Shown here piece after piece: positions 45,510-55,355 of a stretch of DNA of 64,000 bases. The notes under the pieces were generated by a model. The model was not told the DNA's origin. It did no database searches and saw only the letters and a list, made by a program, of their open reading frames with translations. The stretch covers positions 21,915 to 85,914 of the forward strand of contig JAOUKT010000006.1 in NCBI GenBank assembly GCA_029882395.1, written 5' to 3'. Position numbers and translations under genes: made by a program. This stretch comes from Gammaproteobacteria bacterium (lineage in GTDB: Bacteria; Pseudomonadota; Gammaproteobacteria; SZUA-229). Within the stretch, counting starts at the first letter, position 1; the number at the start of each line of letters is the position of its first letter.

Positions 45510-48278
45510 CTACGCGTTTTTTGCAATTGTCTGGTGATACTCGATAAGCTCGGTAATGCACGTGAGTAACACGGCCACATCGTCTGTGATTGTTTCCAGA
45601 TGCTGGTTATCGATATTAGATTCGAGTTTTACCGCGCACTCTCTCAGTCTGGGTGTGCCGCAATAACTGGTAGCGCCATTTATTTTATGCGTGAAATATT
45701 TAAGCTCTTTAATATCGTTGGCGTTGACTGCATTTTCTATTTTCTCTTTATAAACAGGAAGTTCAGATATCAACATGTTAAAAAGCTCGTCTGCTAACTG
45801 TGGGTTTCCTCCCGCTAATCTAACGGCTTCAGTCTTGTCGTAGCAGTCCGCTTTCTCAGTATCGCTTGTTGAAGCTGTTTTTGCTGACAGCAGGGTTACA
45901 GTAGTGTCTGCATGATCAATATCGCAGTATTGCATTATCTTGTCATATATCTGAAGTTCAGTTACCGGTTTTATTAATATATCATTCATGCCGGAATCTA
46001 ATATTTGTTGTTTTTCTTCGGGCATTGCATTTGCCGTTAAAGCAATGATATTTGTCTCGTTGTTTTTAGATGTTTCGAGCCTGATCTTTTTTGTTGCATC
46101 AATGCCATCGAGGACAGGCATGTGAAGGTCCATAAATATCAAATCAAAGGCAGTGGTTTTGCCTGCTTCTACACCTTCTGCGCCATTTCGTGCAGTACTT
46201 ACGTTGACTTTCCAGTTGTCGAGTATTGATTTTACCAGGTACAGGTTGATTTTATTATCATCTACAACGAGGATATTTAAGTAAGACCAGTCGGCATTCA
46301 GTTCAGGTGTTTCCTTCGGCAGTTTGTTGCTATGAGTGCCGGTAATATAGTTATGTATATCAGTTAAAATTTTATTGGAAGGCGTGTTTCTCTGCAGGCA
46401 TAAAGAAAAGCCCTGTTCAAAATATTTTTTACATTGCTGATGCTCATTTGAGCTGATAAGTGCAAATACAGGTATGTTTTTTTCATGACAGATCGCAATA
46501 TAAGGGCTAAAGTCCGTGTTCTCACTTATCTGTTGAAAACTGATGCCAATTATCATGTAGTCAAAATGTATAATGTTGGTATTGAGAAGTGATTTGAGCT
46601 GATTGGTCTGGGTAATGTGCTGGGGTAATGATTTCCAGGTATTTAATAACAGCCGGGTGTTAAGTCGTAATTGTGATGTGCTTTCGTAAATAATGACGTG
46701 CTTGTTCTCTAAAGCCGATTGATCAGCTGTTTTAGTTTGAAACGACTCTTCTAAAGGTAAAGAAAGCCAGAATACTGAGCCTGAATCCAGGCTGCTTTCA
46801 AAATCTATTTCTCCGTGCATCAGGCTGGCGAGGCTTCTTGATATAACCAGTCCAAGGCCAGTGCCACCGAAGCGGCGCGTGATGGAAGTGTCGGCTTGAG
46901 TAAACGCGTTGAACAGACGCAGCTTGTTGGCCTCGTTCATGCCGACACCTGTATCGGTGATAGTAAATTTAAAATTGTATTTGTTATGGCTTAGTTTGCT
47001 GTGCAGGATTCGGATTGCCACATAGCCTTGCTCAGTAAATTTAATGGCATTTCCGATAAGATTCAGAATTATCTGGCGCAAGCGAACCGGGTCGCCCATC
47101 AGCTGTCTGGGCATATCCGTGCTGCGGTGAAATAAAAGTTCAATGCCTTTTTTCTGTGCCAGAGGCAGCATGATGGTGATAATCTCTTCAATCAAGTCGA
47201 GCATATCAAATTCAATGTTTTCTATGTTCAGCTTGCCCGATTCTATTTTAGAAAAATCCAGAATGTCGTTGATGATAGTCAGAAGGTTATTCGATGATGT
47301 CTGAATGGTCTCCAGATACTGGAGCTGTTGCTCCGTCAGCTCAGTTTTGCCGAGCAATTCGGTAAAACCCAAAATACCGTTCATTGGCGTACGGATTTCA
47401 TGACTCATATTAGCCAGGAACTCTGATTTTATCCTGCTTGCTTCTAAAGCGTGGCTTTTTGAAATATCTAAAGAGATATTTTGTTTTTCAAGCTCGTCTA
47501 ATGTGTTTTTTAAGGTGCGTGTCGCGGCATTAACCTGATTTTGAAGATTGTGTCTTGAAATAGAAAGTTCTTCAGTCATGTTGTTAAAGCCTTTGACGAG
47601 TGTTTCTAATTCGCCGGATGTGTTGGCAGAGACATGGACATTTAAATTGCCTGCCGCAACACGCCGCACAGCGCTGGTTAAACTTTGAATCGGATTTATC
47701 ACGCCCTGGCTGATATACAGAGCCAGAATCGTGCTCAGGGCCAGTCCGGTAAATACAATAATCAGGCTTTTAAAGAAAGTTGTAAACTGAAGATCCGTCG
47801 TGCTCAACGACGACATGGTTAAAACAATGCTGCCTATTTTTTTATTGTGCTCGGTATCCGTATTGCTGAAATCAAAATCATCAATTTCGATTTCAGTATT
47901 AATGATGTCGCTCTTAAAGACTAATAATTTTTCTTTGATTAAAAAACCGTATGGTTTATTGTTGATTTCCGATTCTTTATTCTGATTAATAGAGGTTATG
48001 ACATTGTTGTTAATGTCAAGAATGGCAACTTTATGAATATCCGGCTCATTAAGTGTGTTTTCAATAAGATTATTCAGCAGGTCGGTATTGCCTGAGAAAA
48101 CGCCAAACTCACTGACCTGAGACAAATAGCTGGAAAGGTTTTCTCCACGCTCGTTAAGCCGGTTGCCAATGTCATTGATGCTCGAATAAGTATAGTAGGC
48201 GACCAGTGAAAAAACAGTGATAGCAGTCGGTACCAGTGCAAGCAGCAAGACTCTTTTTCTTATGCTATAGCTGTCCAT
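45510..48278 (-). CDS. barA: BarA/GacS-type unorthodox hybrid sensor histidine kinase
   Basis: 2 TM helices, HAMP, SHEIRTPMNG, HATPase (NAIKFT, DTGVG, GGTGLGL), degenerate REC, REC (IFMDLHMP), HPt (HKINGATSYCG); located between pdxJ and cysM-rlmD as for barA/gacS. Confidence 0.88.
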   Translation of the reverse strand: MDSYSIRKRVLLLALVPTAITVFSLVAYYTYSSINDIGNRLNERGENLSSYLSQVSEFGVFSGNTDLLNNLIENTLNEPDIHKVAILDINNNVITSINQNKESEINNKPYGFLIKEKLLVFKSDIINTEIEIDDFDFSNTDTEHNKKIGSIVLTMSSLSTTDLQFTTFFKSLIIVFTGLALSTILALYISQGVINPIQSLTSAVRRVAAGNLNVHVSANTSGELETLVKGFNNMTEELSISRHNLQNQVNAATRTLKNTLDELEKQNISLDISKSHALEASRIKSEFLANMSHEIRTPMNGILGFTELLGKTELTEQQLQYLETIQTSSNNLLTIINDILDFSKIESGKLNIENIEFDMLDLIEEIITIMLPLAQKKGIELLFHRSTDMPRQLMGDPVRLRQIILNLIGNAIKFTEQGYVAIRILHSKLSHNKYNFKFTITDTGVGMNEANKLRLFNAFTQADTSITRRFGGTGLGLVISRSLASLMHGEIDFESSLDSGSVFWLSLPLEESFQTKTADQSALENKHVIIYESTSQLRLNTRLLLNTWKSLPQHITQTNQLKSLLNTNIIHFDYMIIGISFQQISENTDFSPYIAICHEKNIPVFALISSNEHQQCKKYFEQGFSLCLQRNTPSNKILTDIHNYITGTHSNKLPKETPELNADWSYLNILVVDDNKINLYLVKSILDNWKVNVSTARNGAEGVEAGKTTAFDLIFMDLHMPVLDGIDATKKIRLETSKNNETNIIALTANAMPEEKQQILDSGMNDILIKPVTELQIYDKIMQYCDIDHADTTVTLLSAKTASTSDTEKADCYDKTEAVRLAGGNPQLADELFNMLISELPVYKEKIENAVNANDIKELKYFTHKINGATSYCGTPRLRECAVKLESNIDNQHLETITDDVAVLLTCITELIEYHQTIAKNA

Positions 48279-49209
48279 TTTTTCTATCCTCTAGCATGTT
48301 GTTAAGGATAGTGTTCTTGTCAGCGATTTTTATATTGAGCGAATGAGCCACTTTTGTGTTGATTTCAATATTGAAATATTGCGGAAAGGACCGGCTTGCT
48401 GAAGCATAGTTTGAAACTCTGTTTTTATTAAGTATCTCTAATGCCTGCCGGCTTATATCCAGTGGTGAGCTGTGAACAGCCGCAAGCGCACCAGCTCTGA
48501 CATAGGCTTTTGAATAACCAAGAACCGGTATTTTTTTTCTGTAGGTAGTTAATAATATGCCTTTAATGGATCGTTTGTTGTAAATAGAGCTGTCCGGAAC
48601 TGCGAGCAAAATATCTGATTCTTCAGATAGAAAACGGGTTTCAGAGATTAGCTCGGTTCGGTTAAAAACAGTAATGCTTTTTGCGGCCAGACCCGCCTGT
48701 TTAATTTTTTCAGTTATTTTATTTTTTCTTTCGTGGGAGTTTTTGCCGAATAATATGCCCACTGTTTTGAATGAGTTTGACAAGTTTCGGATTAATTGCA
48801 GTTGACGAATAATCGGCTGATCGATGTAAATGACAGAGAACAGATGCCGGTATTGTTTATCGACAGTGCTTTCCAGTTGCATAAATGCCTGCCTGGGAAT
48901 CAACAGACTCAAAACAGGCGTCCTGGTTTTTTTGTTGAATAATAAAAACGCCGCTTTATAGCCGACTGTAATGACGCTGTCGTACTGGTCCAGCGCTTCA
49001 GGTTTAAATTCATCTGTCGAGACATTGCTGACGACATGTTTGTCGAGTAAAAGCTTTGTCTGGATATTGTCGGCCAGATCACGGTGGTAGCCGTGATGCA
49101 GGTTCGAAACGATCAGGAAGTTATCAGCATAAGTTAGACTGCTGATTAAACAAATGCCTATTGTTAAAATCAGCCTGCTGCATCTTGATTTTAGGTATGC
49201 TTGTTTCAT
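48265..49209 (-). CDS. Secreted ABC substrate-binding-like protein (orphan; no permease or ATPase nearby)
   Basis: Signal peptide ending TYA; DILLAVPDSSIYN, IPVLGYSKAYVRAGALAA and INTKVAHSLNI resemble the ABC_sub_bind/type I PBP fold. Confidence 0.75.
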   Translation of the reverse strand: MKQAYLKSRCSRLILTIGICLISSLTYADNFLIVSNLHHGYHRDLADNIQTKLLLDKHVVSNVSTDEFKPEALDQYDSVITVGYKAAFLLFNKKTRTPVLSLLIPRQAFMQLESTVDKQYRHLFSVIYIDQPIIRQLQLIRNLSNSFKTVGILFGKNSHERKNKITEKIKQAGLAAKSITVFNRTELISETRFLSEESDILLAVPDSSIYNKRSIKGILLTTYRKKIPVLGYSKAYVRAGALAAVHSSPLDISRQALEILNKNRVSNYASASRSFPQYFNIEINTKVAHSLNIKIADKNTILNNMLEDRKNGQL

Positions 49210-49227
49210 AAATCCATTTATAATTTT

Positions 49228-51315
49228 TTAAAAGCCTTGTAGTTCGACGGTCAGTAATATTCTGTCACTCATGATGCTGGTGTTGCTCGCAGCTACATTG
49301 CTGTATTCATTGTAATCATTATAATCGCCGCTGATATTTTTAAGCAGTAATGATGTGGTTAACGTGCTATTGCCGATTTTTGTTTTTTTGCTTAATTTTA
49401 AGTTCAATATATCAAATTCTTCTACGGCTTTGCTTACATCGGCCCAGCGCATTTCACCGATTTGATAGTATTCAAGGCTGATGGAATACTGATTCTTGAA
49501 TTGTTTTAGAATATTCAGACCATAACTTTCTTTCGGTGCGGTATTGGAAAATACTTCAACCGTACTGATACCATCCTGAACTTTATCTTCCATCTTGATG
49601 TTCGAGTAGTTGAAACCGATTCGAAAGCTGTGCTCGGGCTGGTAGCTTGCATCGAGTTCGATACCCTCAGAAACCAGCGTTTGAGCATTGTCAAAACCGC
49701 CGTCTTCATTAGCGGAAATGTCAACAATAATATCCGATATCTCGTCGTGGAATATTTTACCATTGATATTGATTCGATGATTCAGGTAGTCAGAATAATA
49801 ACCAATTTCAGAGCTTTTTATTTTTTCAAAATCCAGGCCGCCGGGGCTGCTTTTAAACGGAAAAGCAATCATTTCATTAGTGATACAGGTGATAGGCGGA
49901 GGGATTGCTATCGCCAGAATAGGATCACAAATACCCAGACCGCCTGTGCCGCTAACAATCAATGAAGGGTAATAAACAATGTTCATGTTTTCTTCGACTA
50001 CAGATGGCGCTCTGTTAGCAGTTGAATAGCTCAAGCGAAGGCTCTGCTGATTGCTGATTTTGTGCGTTAATGCGATGCGAGGTGAATAACTGGTATTGCT
50101 GATTTCATGATCTTCAGCCATTAGCCCCGTGTTTAAAATAAAAGTTGGTGTAATCGTCCATTCTGCATGACCAAAGACCCGGCTGACATCACTGCTCAGT
50201 GCATTGCTGGTATTGAAAAGACCGGCGGACTCAACGCTGTCATGGCGAAAACTGAAGCCTGACACGGTGCGTAGAATATTACTGGGTTTGTTAAAATAGT
50301 TAAGCTCGATATCCTGCCGCTTTGATTCACTGGAAAAATCGATCAAGACTTGAAAGTCATCGACACCAGTTAGTCCAATATCTGCGCCTGTAAGCATGCT
50401 GGACAGTGAGCGGTTATCGATTTTGTGCTTATTCATATAATACTGTAGCGAAATCGAGCTTTGACTGTCCAGATTACTTTCCCATTTGAAATGGTGGTAG
50501 CTGACACTCGTTTCAAACATGTGAGTTAAAGTGGTGCCGCCGCCTTGCTCTTCCTGAAGGTTTTTGTTGATTCCTGTCTGATAAAAAAACTGGCTGCTAT
50601 CATCTATGGCGTAATCCAGCCTGAGTTTCAGCAGTTCTTCATCATAACTGTCGGCAAAATCATCGAGCCCTTCGTCGCCTCTATGTGACATGGTGACTCT
50701 GAAGTCGGTTTTTTCGGTCTGCGCGCCGATACGGTATAACAGCTGATGTTGTTTGTTATTGCCATTGGCTATTTTCAATAGGTGGCCTTGTGTATCGAAT
50801 GCATTAAAAGTTTTGATGCTGATTACCGCCAGAAATGAATTGGCGCCATAAGCCGCTGCATTTGGTCCTCTGGTAACTTCGATCTGCTCAATTTCGTCAA
50901 GCGTAATCGGCAGGCTTTTCCAGGGTACGCCACCCCAGGTCGGAATATACACGGATCGGCCATCAATTAAGACCTGAATGCGCCGGGAATAGATGCCGCT
51001 CATTCCGTGGTAGGTGACAACCGGGATGTTGCCATCATAAAAGCCGACCTGAAAACCCGGCACCATTCTCATCAGTTCCGGTAGGCTGGTGGCAGTGGAG
51101 GCCTCGATCATTTGACGGCTAATGATGGTGACCGTGCTAGCTGATTCGTTTTGTGGTTGTGACAGGCGTGAAGCAGATAACACTATTGGGATATCGGCTA
51201 AAAAATAATCTTCAGTTAAGGTTTCGGCTATATCCGCTTCCGCCGCATACAGACAGGCAGAAAGACTGGATAGCATAGTGAAAAGCAGTGTTTTAATTGT
51301 CATATTCTTAGCCAA
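49228..51315 (-). CDS. TonB-dependent outer membrane receptor
   Basis: Signal peptide, TonB-box-like DIPIVLSASR, plug motifs VLIDGR and IEQIEVTRGPNAAAYGAN, amphipathic beta strands, terminal Phe. Confidence 0.92.
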   Translation of the reverse strand: MAKNMTIKTLLFTMLSSLSACLYAAEADIAETLTEDYFLADIPIVLSASRLSQPQNESASTVTIISRQMIEASTATSLPELMRMVPGFQVGFYDGNIPVVTYHGMSGIYSRRIQVLIDGRSVYIPTWGGVPWKSLPITLDEIEQIEVTRGPNAAAYGANSFLAVISIKTFNAFDTQGHLLKIANGNNKQHQLLYRIGAQTEKTDFRVTMSHRGDEGLDDFADSYDEELLKLRLDYAIDDSSQFFYQTGINKNLQEEQGGGTTLTHMFETSVSYHHFKWESNLDSQSSISLQYYMNKHKIDNRSLSSMLTGADIGLTGVDDFQVLIDFSSESKRQDIELNYFNKPSNILRTVSGFSFRHDSVESAGLFNTSNALSSDVSRVFGHAEWTITPTFILNTGLMAEDHEISNTSYSPRIALTHKISNQQSLRLSYSTANRAPSVVEENMNIVYYPSLIVSGTGGLGICDPILAIAIPPPITCITNEMIAFPFKSSPGGLDFEKIKSSEIGYYSDYLNHRININGKIFHDEISDIIVDISANEDGGFDNAQTLVSEGIELDASYQPEHSFRIGFNYSNIKMEDKVQDGISTVEVFSNTAPKESYGLNILKQFKNQYSISLEYYQIGEMRWADVSKAVEEFDILNLKLSKKTKIGNSTLTTSLLLKNISGDYNDYNEYSNVAASNTSIMSDRILLTVELQGF

Positions 51316-51468
51316 TGGAAAACCGATTATTTGATATTTTTATAAAAAAATGATCATTCCATGACCTTATTGCCCGAATAGCATAAAATAGCCCGCTTGA
51401 GTACTTATATTGATTTAAGTTTATCTTACTGATTATAACCATATTTTATAGAAAAAATGCGTGAATAA

Positions 51469-52365
51469 ATGAAACACTATCCGACAATAGAGCAGTTTAT
51501 AGGCAATACCCCCCTGGTTCGTTTACAGCGGATGGCGAAAGATTCAAAAAATACAATTTTGCTCAAACTCGAGGGCAATAACCCGGCGGGTTCGGTAAAA
51601 GACAGGCCCGCTATCGGCATGATTCAGGCCGCCGAGAGCCGAGGAGATATCAAGCCCGGAGATGTATTGATTGAGGCGACATCGGGCAATACAGGTATTG
51701 CTTTAGCGATGGCCGCCGCGATCAGAGGATACAAGATTAAACTGATCATGCCGGATAACAGTACCGAGGAGCGCAAGGCGGCCATGCTGGCCTATGGCGC
51801 TGAGCTGATCCTGGTTAGCGCTCAGCAGGGCATGGAAGGTGCCAGAGATCTGGCGCTGGCAATGCAATCCAGAGGTGAAGGCATCGTGCTGGACCAGTTT
51901 AATAATAGCGATAACCCGGATACCCATTATCATTCCACAGGGCCTGAAATCTGGAGAGATACTGATGGCGAGGTGACCCATTTTGTCAGTGCGATGGGCA
52001 CAACCGGTACCATTATGGGGGTATCGCATTATTTAAAGGAACAAAATAAGGCGATACAAATTGTTGGTGTACAGCCGACTGAAGGCTCCAGTATACCGGG
52101 CATCAGACGCTGGCCAAAAGAATATTTGCCGGGGATTTTTGAAGCCGCAAGGGTTGATCAAATTATCGATGTCGATCAGCAGCTGGCAGAGCAAACAACA
52201 CGTGCATTATCATCCGAAGAAGGCATCTTTTGTGGTGTTTCATCCGGTGGCGCAGTAGCGGCGGCTTTAAAGCTGTCGGCGACTGTTGAAAACGCAGTGA
52301 TAGTCGTTATTATTTGTGACCGGGGAGATCGTTATCTCTCAACAGGCGTATTTAACGCAAAATAA
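51469..52365 (+). CDS. cysM: Cysteine synthase B
   Basis: KLEGNNPAGSVKDR (PLP Lys), EATSGNTG, IPGIRRWP, CDRGDRYLS. Confidence 0.96.
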   Translation: MKHYPTIEQFIGNTPLVRLQRMAKDSKNTILLKLEGNNPAGSVKDRPAIGMIQAAESRGDIKPGDVLIEATSGNTGIALAMAAAIRGYKIKLIMPDNSTEERKAAMLAYGAELILVSAQQGMEGARDLALAMQSRGEGIVLDQFNNSDNPDTHYHSTGPEIWRDTDGEVTHFVSAMGTTGTIMGVSHYLKEQNKAIQIVGVQPTEGSSIPGIRRWPKEYLPGIFEAARVDQIIDVDQQLAEQTTRALSSEEGIFCGVSSGGAVAAALKLSATVENAVIVVIICDRGDRYLSTGVFNAK

Positions 52366-52376
52366 CTGGAGACAAT

Positions 52377-53717
52377 GTGGTTCAGAAAAGACGTCGCAGA
52401 CGGGTAAAAAAATTGCCGGATTCTCCGGTTGAATGTGTAATTGAAGGATTAACGACAGAAGGGCGCGGACTGGTTCATATCAACGATAAAGTGGTTTTTG
52501 TTGATGGCGCATTAGGCAATGAAAAGGTGTTGATTGAGTACACTGCCAGCACTTCAAAATTTGATGAAGCAAAAGTACTTGAAGTGATAGAGGCATCGGC
52601 AGATCGTGTCTCGCCACCGTGTCAGCACGCAGATATTTGTGGTGGCTGTAGTCTGCAGCATCTCGATACACAAAAGCAGATTGAAAATAAACAGGCTTCA
52701 TTGATCGAATCACTTAAATACATCGGCAAGGTCGAAGCTGAGAGTCTGTTGCCGGCCATTACAGGTCCTGTTGTAGGCTATCGCTACAAGGCCCGGCTTG
52801 GCGTGCGTTATGTGGCTAAAAAAGAAAAAGTGCTGGTCGGTTTCAGGGAAAAAAGGAGTAATTTTCTGGCCCTGATCGAACAATGTGAAGTCCTGCATGC
52901 CAGAGTCGGTCATAAATTGTCAGCCTTGTCAGATTTGATTTACGGCATGGAAGCGAGGGATCAGATACCGCAAATTGAAGTGGCGATTGATGATGCCAAT
53001 GTTGTGCTTGTCTTCAGGCACCTGGAGGCATTGTCAGCATCAGATTTATCAAGGCTTGTGGACTTTGCTAAAGAGGAAAACTTCGTTGTCATGTTGCAGT
53101 CTGGTGGACCCGCAACCGTGACCAGCCTTTGGCCGGAAGAGTTTAGGTATTTATCGTATCAACTTAATGATCAAAATCTTGAATTCAAATTCGAAGCCAA
53201 TGACTTTACTCAGGTTAATCCGGACATCAATCAGAAAATGATTAACCGGGTGATTGATTTAATGGAGCTGCAGGCGGATGAAAACGTGCTCGATTTGTTT
53301 TGTGGGCTGGGTAATTTCACATTGCCTTTGGCACAGAAAGCGCTGCATGTAACCGGCATTGAAGGCAACCAGGAGCTGGTCAATAAAGCCAATGATAATG
53401 CGGTATTAAATAATATCAGCAATACTGAGTTTTTTGCCGTCGATTTATCAGCCAAACTGGACGGGCAGCGCTGGCTGAATCAACGCTATGATAAGATTTT
53501 GTTAGACCCGCCGCGTTCAGGGGCAATGGAAATGATTCACTATCTAGGCAAGCTGGGTGCAAAACGAATCGTATATGTTTCATGTCAGCCTACAACCCTG
53601 GCACGTGATGCCGGCGCTCTGGTGAATGAATACGGTTATCGTTTGTTATCAGCGGGGGTGATGGATATGTTTCCTCACACGGCGCACGTTGAATCCATTG
53701 CCGTATTTGAAAAATAG
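52377..53717 (+). CDS. rlmD: 23S rRNA m5U1939 methyltransferase
   Basis: TRAM domain, C..CGGC Fe-S motif, FTQVN, LDLFCGLGNF, LDPPR, YVSC, DMFPHTAHVE. Confidence 0.96.
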   Translation: MVQKRRRRRVKKLPDSPVECVIEGLTTEGRGLVHINDKVVFVDGALGNEKVLIEYTASTSKFDEAKVLEVIEASADRVSPPCQHADICGGCSLQHLDTQKQIENKQASLIESLKYIGKVEAESLLPAITGPVVGYRYKARLGVRYVAKKEKVLVGFREKRSNFLALIEQCEVLHARVGHKLSALSDLIYGMEARDQIPQIEVAIDDANVVLVFRHLEALSASDLSRLVDFAKEENFVVMLQSGGPATVTSLWPEEFRYLSYQLNDQNLEFKFEANDFTQVNPDINQKMINRVIDLMELQADENVLDLFCGLGNFTLPLAQKALHVTGIEGNQELVNKANDNAVLNNISNTEFFAVDLSAKLDGQRWLNQRYDKILLDPPRSGAMEMIHYLGKLGAKRIVYVSCQPTTLARDAGALVNEYGYRLLSAGVMDMFPHTAHVESIAVFEK

Positions 53718-53723
53718 CCTGTG

Positions 53724-53761
53724 AATTCTGCTGCTTCTGTAATACAGGAGACAGCAGGATT
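53724..53761. terminator. Long hairpin between convergent rlmD and the FHA gene
   Basis: AATTCTGCTG-CTTCTGT-AAT-ACAGGAG-A-CAGCAGGATT. Confidence 0.55.
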
Positions 53762-53771
53762 GTTTAAGCGA

Positions 53772-54503
53772 TCACTCGATATTAAATTCCATTTTAATGC
53801 CGGCTACTTCTATCAGGTCGTTGTTGTTTAATGGACTGGATTTTGAACCGACAATGTCACCATTAATAGTGGGTTGACCACTGTTTGCACCGCCTTCCAC
53901 ATGCAAAATGTAATAGCCGGTGGGTCGGCGTGTAATAGCGGCCACCTGTATGCCCGGTTTGCCCAGTGTGGTCAGTACTTTAGTCAGCGGTAGTTTTTTG
54001 CCTGAGTTGGCTCCACTTAACAGTTGCAGACTGGCCTTGCCGATGACTTTGCTGCTGTTATTTTCATTTTTGTGTTCAGATGCAAGCCGGCTCGCAATTT
54101 TTTCAATCTGTTTGTCAATTTCAGAGCCAGCTGCGCTTTCCGGCATGCCGGCCGAGTCAGGGCGGATGATCATGGTTTTTTCAAAATCAATCTGGCTGCT
54201 TGATGTCGCGGCCTTTGGCCTGGCCTGAAATTTTAACTGGTGTTTACCGATTCTGATTTCATCGCCATTATTGAGTGATATTTTTTTTATCAGGTTACCG
54301 TTTACATAGGTGCCATTGCTGCTTTTTAAATCCTCAACAAAACAGTCACCGGCAATGTTCATGACTTGTGCATGATGGCTGCTAACGGATAAATTGTCGA
54401 TACAGATATCATTGTTTTTATGGCGCCCAATAGTGACGGTCTCGGATGAAATATCATACTGGGATTCAATTTTTCCATCATGGGAAATGATTAGTTTTGA
54501 CAT
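53772..54503 (-). CDS. Double FHA-domain protein
   Basis: FHA1: IGR, SVSSHHA, SSNGTYVN; FHA2 degenerate (TLGK, LNNNDLIEVAG). Confidence 0.9.
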   Translation of the reverse strand: MSKLIISHDGKIESQYDISSETVTIGRHKNNDICIDNLSVSSHHAQVMNIAGDCFVEDLKSSNGTYVNGNLIKKISLNNGDEIRIGKHQLKFQARPKAATSSSQIDFEKTMIIRPDSAGMPESAAGSEIDKQIEKIASRLASEHKNENNSSKVIGKASLQLLSGANSGKKLPLTKVLTTLGKPGIQVAAITRRPTGYYILHVEGGANSGQPTINGDIVGSKSSPLNNNDLIEVAGIKMEFNIE

Positions 54504-54526
54504 AGTGACTTGTCCAGCGTTGAATA

Positions 54527-55354
54527 TTAGGAAAATATATTTTTAACTTTAGAGATAAGTTTATTCAGGCTCATGGCTTGCTGACTGGGCTGAATAACGA
54601 TAACTGAAATATTGTCGTGACCACCATTGTCTTTTGCTTGTTGAATCAGTTCTGTGCAGGCAATGTCTATCTGGAATTTATTTTCTTCCAGAATCATGTT
54701 GATGCGGCGGTCATCGACCATATCCGATAAGCCATCAGAGCAGAGCAGGTAGGTATCATCGGCCTGTACTATCTCTTCACTGATATCTATTTGCACGGTT
54801 TCTTCAATACCCATTGCACGGGTGACGAGGTTTTTATTTAGTGACTTAGAGGCTTCTTCGGGGGTATAGAAGCCCCTGTCTATCAGCTCCTGCAGCAATG
54901 AGTGGTCAGAAGTCATTTGTTCCATTTCGTGATTTCTGAGGCGATACATTCTTGAATCACCGACATGAGCTACGGTCAGGCGGTTACCGTAAAACAGGGT
55001 GACGACTATGGTTGTGCCCATGCCTTCATATTGAATTTGTTTGCTGGCGGCTTTAAAAATCACCGAATTGGCATTTTCGATGACGTTCTTAATCGCGATA
55101 GACTGATAGCTGTAGCCACTGATCTCTTCATCAATATCCAGATTTTTACAGCGCTCAAGTTCGGCCGGCAGGTCATTTAATATGGAATTAACTGCCAGGG
55201 CGCTGGCTACTTCGCCGCCCTTATGGCCGCCCATGCCATCAGCCAGTACAGCAAGGCTAAGTGAAAGATCGTTGCCGATGCTGTCTTCATTATGTGAGCG
55301 GATAAGTCCTGTATCCGTCATGCCTTCTATTTTTATCAGTTTTTTATTATCCAT
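54527..55354 (-). CDS. PP2C/PPM-type Ser/Thr phosphatase (Stp1/IreP family)
   Basis: R.HNED, ADGMGGH, HVGDSR, CSDGL, GGHDNIS. Confidence 0.95.
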   Translation of the reverse strand: MDNKKLIKIEGMTDTGLIRSHNEDSIGNDLSLSLAVLADGMGGHKGGEVASALAVNSILNDLPAELERCKNLDIDEEISGYSYQSIAIKNVIENANSVIFKAASKQIQYEGMGTTIVVTLFYGNRLTVAHVGDSRMYRLRNHEMEQMTSDHSLLQELIDRGFYTPEEASKSLNKNLVTRAMGIEETVQIDISEEIVQADDTYLLCSDGLSDMVDDRRINMILEENKFQIDIACTELIQQAKDNGGHDNISVIVIQPSQQAMSLNKLISKVKNIFS

Positions 55355-55355
55355 A

